DNA of 64,000 bases from Lama glama (lineage: Eukaryota). Below are positions 40,825-50,697 of the stretch, piece after piece. A program made the translations under genes and the position numbers. Below the pieces are notes generated by a model. The model worked only from the letters and a program-made list of their open reading frames with translations, ran no database searches and was not told the origin of the DNA. The stretch is taken from positions 77,874,001 to 77,938,000 of the forward strand of contig CM052816.1 in the NCBI GenBank assembly GCA_028534125.1, in the 5' to 3' direction. Position 1 is the stretch's first letter. Each line of letters opens with the position of its first letter.

Positions 40825-43800
40825 GTCTAAGCCACTAGACCATGTTCATAGTAACAAAGTCTGCTGAAACCCTCTTACCTGACTGAAGGTTTATTACTGG
40901 AAAAGAGGAGTCCTATAAAGTAACCCTAACAACCAAAAATAAAGCTATGCCTAATTAGACAATCTGATCTCTCTAAAAGAAACGGCTGGAAATCATTGAT
41001 AAATCTACCATGTCAATGTCAGAACTGATTTTTTATGAGAAACAGTTTACTCCAAAGAATTTATCTCTTACTACTACTTTACAAAGAGGCCATTACAGCC
41101 ATATTTCCCATTCTTTTTTTTCTTTTCTCTTTTTTTAAGTGGGCTGAAAAATAACACATTTATTTTTCCTTTATGTGTAATCATATCATTGGTTAAAATG
41201 ACTGTTAAAGAGTGAGGCAGCATGAAACAAATCCCTGCCCAATAAACTGGTGACTTTGAAAAGGAAATTGCCCTGCTCAAGTGATGGATTCTGTTTCAGC
41301 CGTCATGACCCACGTTATGAGGGAGTCCAGGGACCCGGGTCCTGGCCCTTACAGGCAAAGCAGCTGCAAACATCCACTGGGAGCTCGCCCGCCGAGGGCG
41401 TGCAGTGAATGGCCAAAGGCTGACCCGCCACCCCACCGCCGCTCCAGGCTGAGCACTCAGCCCTGGGTCTCACCTAGCCTGGAATGCCCCCCATCTCCCC
41501 CTTCTCTCTGCTTACCTACCCCTGTCAAGGCCCAGTTTGAGTTCCAAATATGGCCATACTCGAGGCCCATAGCCTCAGGACTCCCGTATTACTTTTTATC
41601 AGTGTATGTTTGTGTGTTCTCTTCCGCCGGACTGCAAGATCCTGGGGCACAGAGAGCACCCTCGTTTTGACATCTTTCAGTTAAAGATTTACAATAAGTT
41701 ATGATTAAGATGACGCGATCATGGTAAAATGGGAAAATAGTAACACTTTAGATCTTTTCTCGAAGAGGAGATGAGATACTTGAACAAAACTTGCTTCCCT
41801 CTTACTGATTCTCAGGCAGGGTTTTCCCGGTGAGAGGCTGATACCTGGGGACACTGTGGGAATTCTCAGCAGTGTGTTGCTGTTACTTTATCAAGGGGAA
41901 ATCTACCCATAAAGAGCAAAAGGGGTCCTCTTCTGGACAGTAAATGGTTCTCTTCAGAACTTTGTTGAGCTTCAAGTCAAACATAACTTTGTTTCCTTGA
42001 GAAAGAAGATGGGGCCACAGAGTTATTGGGGGGTCCCTACTTTCAGTATTTGGGGGCTTTGAGAGAGGGACACCAGGCCATCTCTTTGTCTCAAGACATC
42101 AAATCCTTGCTTCTTGGCAGTCACTTTGGAAGCAGCTTTGCTCTTCATTGTCTGTAACGGTGAATCTGAGGTTTTTCTCAATATCAGTTAAAGTACTTTT
42201 AAATGTTGGGCTTTGCAGCAGGGGATCTTGGAAAATTTTAGTCTTAAAACCTTTTCTGCTGTCATCAGAATGTTGTAATCATGCAAATAAATGTTCTTTC
42301 AAAACTAGAAGTAATTGCTTTAACTCTAAACTAATTTTACATTTTTCCTTTATACTACTGTTTAAGGTAATTAGCAGTATTTCAAAAGGATTTAGTGTTT
42401 TGGAAGAGTCTTAGTCCTAGAGCCTATCAAAAGGTGTGCCTTTTAGTTTTACTCTCAAAAAGAATCATAAAATGATTGTAATCATTTTTTAAAAAGATTT
42501 ATTTGATACCTTAGCCCTGGCTGCACTTAGAACAACGCAGAACAAAATATCAACTCCTGGGCTCCACCACCCAAGAAATTCTCATTTAATTGCCCAGGGA
42601 TAGTGCCTAGGCATGAGTGTGTGTTTGCAATCCCCTCCAGAGCTTCACTGGCCATGTAAAGATCAGACATGAGCACCTCATACATACCTCGGTTACAGCT
42701 TTTATCACTTTGTACAATGCTTATGTGCACTCCTTAGAGATGGCAAAATTATGGAGAGCCAGGAGTTGTATCTCACTCACCCTTGGGTCTTACAGTAGAC
42801 AGACGTTTGTTAAACCACAAGTGCCTGACATTAACACAACTCCTGGGGGCTCAAATCCCACAGGGAAAGCAAGGAAGGAACTCTGGGAAGTTTCTTAAGC
42901 AAAGGTGACCAGTCTCTGAACCATGTGACCCAACAAGGTGGACATGGGTGATTAGCCCAGGAATAAGCACTTGACCAAGGTCTGCTGAGCTACGGGGTGT
43001 CCAGTAATCTAAAAGAGGTCCTGACACAAAAGCTCAATTCAACTCTAGCACCTAGTTAGTCCCCAGCGGGGCCAGTTAGATCCTTTCACTAAAGGAGTTT
43101 AAATGTGAGATCAACAGAGAGCTGAGCAGTTGGTAGCAAGAGCAGAAGCCAAGAGACACCCGGAGAAAAACAGAGAGAGAGGAGCTGAATCACCTTGGCG
43201 GCTAAGCCTGTTAGAAGGCATCGCAGATGCCTGTGGCTCAGGGGGCAGCGAGATAACCCAGTCACAGAGCCGGATCCTGAATGACCTTCCAGTTCCTGAA
43301 CTTCAATCCAGTTTTCGTGAGGCCTGGCTGGGTGGCCTTTCCGGAAGGCTTTTCGGAGACACGTGGCTGAGTGGTGGAGATTCCGGTCAGCCTTCCTTCC
43401 ACAGTGAACTCCCATTACTTAGGGTAAACTCAGTGGTATCTGTTCTCTGCAACCCCCAAATCCCAGTCAGCACAATTCCCAGGGTCTAGCACTTTGCCTG
43501 GCACATAATGAACGCTAAATCATTGCAGGTGCTTGGACCGCTGGGCCATTCCCTGTGAAAAGCCTTCTGAAAATGAAGAATTCGTTCACAGCTGTGGCGA
43601 GAACACTGATAGGATCGCCGTCAAATTCCAAAAACAATGCTGAACTAGAATAAATCTGTTGAGCTTATTCTGCCCCCCCCCATTTCCAAATCTATCTACA
43701 CTTCTACCATAATCTATCAAAGAAGGAAATGTCAAATTCTGCAGAACTACAGTAGGCATCCTAATTTGAGCTAAGGGACATTTGGATGACTTGATTTTCA

Positions 43801-44735
43801 CTCCGCTTAATCTTAAATCACGGTAATGTTAGTAAGAGCAATTTTCCTCCCACACTAGCTTCAGTGACAAACCTCCAAAGTAGCTGATCTTTGACTTTAA
43901 AGCAGTTTAATGATATGAGATCTTCCCCCCACATTGCCACACACATTTCCCCTGTCTATTGTCTGTATTAGCTACTTGATGAACACATACTCCCCAACAA
44001 CCGGATGAGTCATAAAATAAGAGGTACATGGATGTAAACTGAGCCTGTTTATGCTCTCCCTAGCCCCAGCTAATAAAATAAAAGAGGTCCCACTGAATTC
44101 ACGTCCAATGGCTTCTGGAAAGCAGCTTTCTGCTTAGCAAAGACGTATCTTAGTTAGTATATTATTTTAAAGGTAGAGCTAATTTTATGCCCTGTGTGAA
44201 TGAAACGGATTTCTGGGGAGAGTCATGTGCAGGGTGTGTAAGGACTTGCCCTCCTCACGTCCTCTGCAAAAGGCTCTGGCTCTTCTGGTGGTAAGCAAAC
44301 CAACAAAAGGAATGCCTGCGAGGTCTCACAGAGATCAGGAGTGGAAGCTGGGTCCCTGCTCACGGAAACTCAGCACCCAAGGGAGTGCTTGCTTAGGTCC
44401 CCCATCTGCATTTTCAAAACTCTGGATAAAAGCAGATTTAGCCCAGCCTCCCCTGACCTGTTCCTGATAAAGTGATCTTACGTCTCTGGAATTGGGATTC
44501 TGAATGTATGTGCCTACCCCACGTCTGGTATTATATTACAACAGCATGAAAATGGAGCCTAGGACCGAGGAGCGGGCCAGCCTCAGAAGCCTTCTTCATT
44601 GCCTGCCATGTAATACATGATATGCAAAGCCTCTGACTTCAGCCAGCAGATATTTGGAGACCGTGTTGGCCCTAGCATGGGGACTAAACTAATGTGTGTT
44701 TAGGTCAGAAAGCGAATCAGAAAAGCCACTGGAGG

Positions 44736-44764
44736 GCACGTCACGGAGTGAGAGCCCTATAAAT
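44736..44764 (+). promoter_or_regulatory. GDNF core promoter: CRE-like element + TATA box
   Basis: GCACGTCA (TGACGTGC on -) at 44736-44743 and TATAAAT at 44758-44764, right at the 5' edge of the CpG island. Confidence 0.75.
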
Positions 44765-44787
44765 TCTTCCCCACGCTCAGCGTCCCC

Positions 44788-45880
44788 TGGCAAACACTCG
44801 GCTTCCCTCCCCGGGCCGCTCCACATCTCTCCTCCGTAGTGCTAGGAGAACTCTGGCCAGCAGCTAGCTGCTCTCCTCGCCACTGCCTTCTGCCCTGCAG
44901 CAAAGCGAACGGGCTAGAAGACACCCGAGGAGGGAGGAAAGCCTTCGACAGGCGCGAGGAAAGCCCAGTGTAGCCCTGTAGCCCGACAGAGCCCGAGCTC
45001 AGAAAGCCAGGCGCCAGGGAGAAGCCGGGCGCGGGCGCCGCGGTCAAGCTGGGATTGCCCCCTCCGGCTGGTCTGCGCCGAGCTCCGCACATTCCTCCGG
45101 ATCTACCCGGCGAGGAGGAGGCACGAGCCCGGCAGCGTCTCCACACGCTGAGCGCTCTCTCCCTGCACCTCCGGGAGGGGCGCCTCGCGTCACCCACTCG
45201 CACCCCGAGCCCCCGCCTCGGGAGCTCGGGCGTCTCCTGGCTGCTCTCCTTTCCCTCCTTCACCGCCGCCTTCCGACCCCTCCCCTCCCAGGGCCCCGCG
45301 CCTCCCCTCCCCCATCCCGGCCCCCCGGCCCGGGCTCTCAAGGACCAGCCTGCGCTCCTGGCGCCCTCATGTCTTCACGGGACTCTCGGCGCCGGTTGAC
45401 GTGGTGTCTCGTTCGGATTTCCAGGCAATACCTCAGCTCCGGCGGCAGCATCAGCCCGGCCCGTCTCGTGCTCCCAAGCGCTGCGCCCAGGGAAGGCGCA
45501 GAGCGCGGCGGCCGCCGCTGAGCAGCCCGGGGAACCCCGCGCCCGCGCAGCTCCGGACAAGAGCGCGGCGCGCGCAGCCGTGTCACCTCCGACCCAAGAC
45601 AGCGGCGGCTGCTCGGACCTCGGCTTCCCGGGGTGCAAGAAGCCGGCGGGGAAGCTGTCGGCATCCCTCGCCCTTCTCGTGGCGGCGGCGGCGGGAGCCT
45701 TGGCCGCCGCCTCCTGCGCGCCCTCGCCGCCCCGAGCTGCCCCAGGATTGCGAACTCTTGCCCCTGACCTGTTGGGCGGGGCTCCGCGCTCCTGCCCTCG
45801 GCCCGGATGGGTCTTCTGGCTGGGACTTGGGGCTCCTGGAGTTAATGTCCAACTGGGGGTCTGCGGAGCCCAGATCCGAG
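44788..45880 (+). other. GDNF: GDNF exon 1 (long GC-rich 5' UTR; start approximate)
   Basis: Ends ...cagatccgag|GTAAGA, a strong donor (GT 45881-45882); the joined sequence matches my recollection of GDNF mRNA leaders. Start inferred as ~30 nt after the TATA box. Confidence 0.8.
45397..45404 (+). promoter_or_regulatory. CRE-like site within exon 1
   Basis: TGACGTGG, a 6/8 match to TGACGTCA including the TGACG half-site. Confidence 0.4.
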
Positions 45881-48800
45881 GTAAGAGGGAGAACGGGCCT
45901 GGGTGGAGGAAGCGGGTGGCGCCTGAGTCGCCAGCGGGCGCGGCGAGCTGTGTGGCGTTGGAGACAGGGGGGCGCGGCTGGACCCAAAGCCGGAGACTAG
46001 AAAGAGGAGAGAGGGAACCGAGGTGCGGGAAGGACAGAGGAGAGAGGGAAGAAGTTGAAAGCTAGAGAGGCTGGCCTTGCGGAGGGTCAGGCTGCCTATC
46101 CACGTGGGCAAAGATCTCTGGCGCCCCTGATGCCTCTGGACCCCCGCATGTCCCACAGGGGCAGTTTCCCTCCTCGACTCTGCGGGGCGCTCTTCCGTCA
46201 AGCCCCGGAAAGGTGCAAGGCTGGAGTCATCTTTGAACCCACCACGACCAAAATTGGGTCCTCTGTGGACGTGCAGCTGCAGAGATACCATTGCTGGAAG
46301 TGTAATCTGTTTTGGTCTGTTCCGAGGGAAAGTGCAGGCCCGGGAAGGGACTGCTGCAAAGGTGCTGAGAACCTAAAAATAGAGTGCTCACCTCCTCCGG
46401 GCGCCTCTTGCAAATCTACATTCCTCGCCCTTTTCGGAACCCGATCGCTTGCACTTTGCTAATGCCCGCAACCCCAACTAACCATCCCCGTCGAAGTTAA
46501 GAGAGGGGCTTCCTGGACAGTCCAGGACTCAGGTCTCCGCCTCAAATAGACTCTTGAACCTCCTCAAGGTTTCCGCTAGGCCATCGAAGTGATTATTTTA
46601 ATGACCTCTTTTCTCCTGTACTCTGTGCCAGCTCCCCAATAACACCCTCTACCACTACCTTGCACCACCTCTGGGCTAATTTCTTTGCCATTTGGTTTCC
46701 ATCCCCACCCGGTGAAAACGAATCCTTACCGGGGCGGGGAGTAACTTTCGCCGGAACCCCCCCGGCCTCCTGGCGGCTCCCTAATTTCGCTGGTGGCAAA
46801 CCCGCCCGCCGAGCCGACAGGCGCGCCCCGGGAGGGGTGGGGGCTGCCCAACCCCATGCTCCCAACATTTTTGCTCATTGGTGGGGACAAACAACTCTTC
46901 CGGGCCCTGCGGCGAATATGTTACAGCGCACTCGACTCCTCCTCAGTATTCACTGAATACACAAATAAGTGTTCCAAGTAAGAGATGCTCCTTCCAACCT
47001 CATGCACGCACCTCTTCCCGCAAAGCCCTCAAAGTGGGAGCCGCTGGGCTTCCGCCCCACCATGACCAGGTCTCGCCCTCACACTTTGACCACGTCTTCG
47101 CTTTGGCAACAGTGAAATACCATGTCGCCTTTTCAACGAATGTCAGGTGTCTGGGGAGCCCGCAGCGTCCCTAGCCCACTATCCCTAGGGGTTCAGGGGC
47201 CCCTAGATCTGGAACCCAGCCTCGGGGCCCTTTAACAAACAGGCTCCTTCCTAGACTGCAGAAAGCGTCCCTCATTTTTTTTTTTTTAACCCTGGTCTTG
47301 GGCCCAACAGTTAGAATGAGTGCAGGACACGAGGCACAGTTAAGAAAAGCAGTACATCTTTCGGCAATTTCTGTCCCTACCCGAAAAGCAAGCCCCCGAG
47401 TTACAGCACACCCTCAGTCCCCTACCCCCGCCTCCCTTTTCTCTTCCTGAGACCTGGATCTCGAAGGCAAAGCCCAAACAAATCTCCTAGGCTGCCAGAC
47501 ACGAGAAGGTGCGGGGGCACTGGCGGCAGGAGCACTCACCCGCGGTGAAGCTGTCACAGTGATGCTGGCAATCGGGGTAGGGGGTTAGTTCATAAAGCAG
47601 GTCGCTGAGGAACCAGATTAAATGAGGCGGGTAGAGAGAAATGAGGGAGAGAGGATGAAGAAGGGTAGGAGTCAAAAGCCAGGATGTTGGTGGACATTCA
47701 GGAGTTGCAGGGATAGCGGGGAGTAATTTGGGTATGGGGAAGATTGTAGGGGAACGCTTGTTCATCGGTTTTATACTTAAAATGACAACGCGGCCTCCCG
47801 GCCGCGTGGGCGCCACAGGACTCTGGCGGTTTCTGGTGCCCCCTGGTGCTGGAAACCCTGAAGCGCCTCGCGCCGAGCAGAAGCTTCTGCCGCCACCGCG
47901 TCTCTGCGGCGTTCTTTCTACCCCGGGGCCCCGGGACCACCAAGTGCCGGCGCTCGTGACACTCCCCTTTTGCCTTGCCGGGGGCATAGGTCCCCGGCGC
48001 AGATGGGGACGAGCCTGTGGGGTACGAAAACGGGTGCGGAGGCGCCTGGCGGAGCTGACTTCGAAAGGAGAACTTGGTTACCGCACGGGGCAGCGCGTTC
48101 AGCAATGCGCGCGCGTAACCAAGGCGGATGGTTGCGGGAGAAACACTTTGGCCCCATGTGCTTTGAGAAAGCGATAAAGAGACAAACAGGGAAGGCGGGG
48201 GGCGGCGACCCAGTTGGGCTCTGGAGAAAACGTCCCTATAGATCCCTGTGAATGCTCAGCCCCTAGACCTCCTCTTGGTCCTCAGCCCGACAAATACTAG
48301 GAACTAAAGAGCCGCTCGGACTGAGCCTGCCCCGGCGGTGCTCAGAGCGAGGTAATGCGCCCTCCCCGTCCCGGGTCCTAGGCCGCACTCCGCGGAGGGC
48401 GGGAACGGGAGCCGGGAGCCTCCGCTGCCGAGGCGGAGAGTTTTCCGATGTTTCCTCTTTTGCCAGCTTCGCCACACTTCTAATTGAGGATCTCCACGTC
48501 CAATTCAAAAAGCCCTCCGTTGGCCAAGCAGGAAAAAAAGGAAAAACCCTCTTAATGCGGAAGGGAAATCTGGTGCCTCTGTCTCTTCCTGCTGGCGGGC
48601 ACAGCGATTTGGATGGCATATTAACCCCGCGCCTCCCTGCCCCTCTGGGCTGCCAGCCAATTCGCACGTACCCTCGAGTTGGCACCGGGACGGGGGGCGG
48701 GCGGCCTCGCGTTCCCCCATCCTCTCTGCTCCCCGCACGCACCCTTTCTCGATCTCTGCTCAAGCGCCTTACCAGGCTCATTTTGCATGGCCTTGGTAAG

Positions 48801-50520
48801 GTGTTGCTTCTGCCCGTGTGCCCCAACCCTACCTAAGCCTTTCCTTTTCCCCGGGTTTGTAAACCAGCCAGCGCGGCATGGGGAGCCGGAGTTTCTGGGC
48901 CCTACAGACTCCCCGAGCCCAGCAGCTGCGTAGAGCGCAGAAGCCCAAGGAATGGAAAATGCAGTCGTCTCTGCAGCGTTGGGAGGTGGAAGTCGAATTA
49001 AGCGCTTCCCAGTGTGGCCTACATTGGAAATACGGGAAGGAGTTCTAGGTGGAGAAAAGGGTGGGGAACAGTTGCTGGAAGGGATGTGGGCGCTCCTGGC
49101 ATCTAATGGAGAGGAAAGGTGCCGAGGTTTTTGCTTTTATCTGGAAACTGTTTTACACTCCCATGGGTAAAGTTCAAGATGTTCCTAAGAATCCCTGTTC
49201 TTTGGAGGAGAGAGGATAATCAACTGCATGATTCTTGTAGTTTCCCACTGGAGAATGCCCCTTGGAAACTGCAACACTGGCATTGGGAAGGCATTGGGTA
49301 ACACCCCGGTCTCCTCCCCACCTCCTAATTGTGTGAGACTTGGCCCAGAGTTGAGGGTGCCTTTTTCTCGTCCTACCCCGGCTGCGAGACCCTTCATTCT
49401 AGGGATGTGAGGCCTGAGAAACCAGGCGGAGCCTCCTCACTGAGCAAAGCTGAGCCTCCCCGTACACACCCTTTCTCGATCTCGGCCTTCCGGTGCCCGT
49501 GCTCCTCCGCAGAGTCCGCGACAGTGTTAGTCGTCCGGGACTGGCTGAGGCCGGGCGCGGGGGGCTCCAAACTTCTCTGCAAGGGGAAGGGATTTAAAGC
49601 CAGAATCTCGCAAAACTGCAAAAATAAAAAGAGGATGTTCAGATACACCACGAACATTGTCAAGACAAATGCAATCCCTACCCAACAGCGATACTAAAGC
49701 ATTTATTTAGCGCTACGTTATGCTCGGCTGGGCCTTTTCCATGTTAATGTTTGTAACCTTAAGAAATGGAGGTAATACGTTAAACCGAGTTGATGCTTTG
49801 GGACTTTAAGTAACCTAACGCAGATATTCCCAGACAGGTCCAAAGTCTCCAGGTCCCTACTAACTTCTTGTTCCTGCCACAAATTACTTATTTAAGTGAG
49901 AGGAATGAAGAATGGGCGGGGCTAATGGTGCCACTGAGCCTGCCCCCGCCTAGCTCGGAGGAGGATCAGGACCCTGGCACTTGATTTTATTCCTAAAATA
50001 AAAGGCTGGTCTCTTGCTTGGGTCCAGGGCTGGTTCCCGGAGCCTGTGGGGGCTACTGGACCGGGCGGGGAGGTCTCTGCTGGGGCAGGGCACAGTATGA
50101 GAGTTGCCGGGTCGCCCCCCAGGAATGGGGGTGGGATTTCGTGCCAGTACTGGTGTCGTCGTCGCGTTGGCCAGATTTCCTGGTGTCATCGTAATGGTAC
50201 CGGCAGGGGCAGCGGCCCTGCTGGAACATCCACCCTTGGAATCAGGTGGCGGAAGACAAGGGTAGTTGTGGATTGGACACCGAGAGCAGGGCAGCGCAGG
50301 AGGTGCACCCGGGAGGGCGAGCGAGCAGGGTGCTTAAAAGGAGGGCGAGGGATGCTTGGGGAACGGCTGGGCTGCAGCAGTCTGGGACGAGGGCGGTGCG
50401 GAGTTCGGAGGGGGCCCCCTGCGGGACCCTCGTGGATGAGGCGCCAAGGGCAGCGCGGGGGCTGTTGGCATCCGAGCCTAACATACTCTCTCTGGTTCCC
50501 TCCCATGCCCGCCCGCACAG
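45881..50520 (+). other. GDNF: GDNF intron 1 (4640 nt)
   Basis: GT...AG boundaries between the exon-1 donor and coding-exon acceptor. Confidence 0.85.
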
Positions 50521-50546
50521 GTGCCGCGGCTGGACGGGACTCTAAG
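50521..50546 (+). other. GDNF: 5' UTR portion of the first coding exon
   Basis: Pyrimidine-rich tract ending ...cccgcacag at 50520, then gtgccgcggctggacgggactctaagATG, the known GDNF pre-ATG sequence. Confidence 0.93.
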
Positions 50547-50619
50547 ATGAAGTTATGGGATGTTGTGGCTGTCTGCCTGGTGCTGCTCCACACCGCGTCC
50601 GCCTTCCCGCTGCCCGCCG
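50547..50619 (+). CDS. GDNF: GDNF beta isoform coding segment (alternative internal 5' splice site, 78 nt/26 aa shorter)
   Basis: Internal donor CCG|GTAAGA (GT 50620-50621), exactly 78 nt upstream of the alpha donor and in the same phase; matches the known alpha/beta pre-pro-GDNF splicing. Confidence 0.92.
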
Positions 50620-50697
50620 GTAAGAGGCCTCCCGAGGCGCCCTCCGAAGACCGCTCCCTTGGCCTCCGCCGCGCACCCTTCGCTCTGAGCAGTGACT
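50547..50697 (+). CDS. GDNF: GDNF first coding exon (signal peptide + pro-region; alpha isoform, partial CDS)
   Basis: Translates MKLWDVVAVCLVLLHTASAFPLPAGKRPPEAPSEDRSLGLRRAPFALSSD, the recognisable pre-pro-GDNF N-terminus; 151 coding nt ending at donor T|GTAAGA (GT 50698-50699); exon acceptor CAG| at 50520. Confidence 0.98.
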
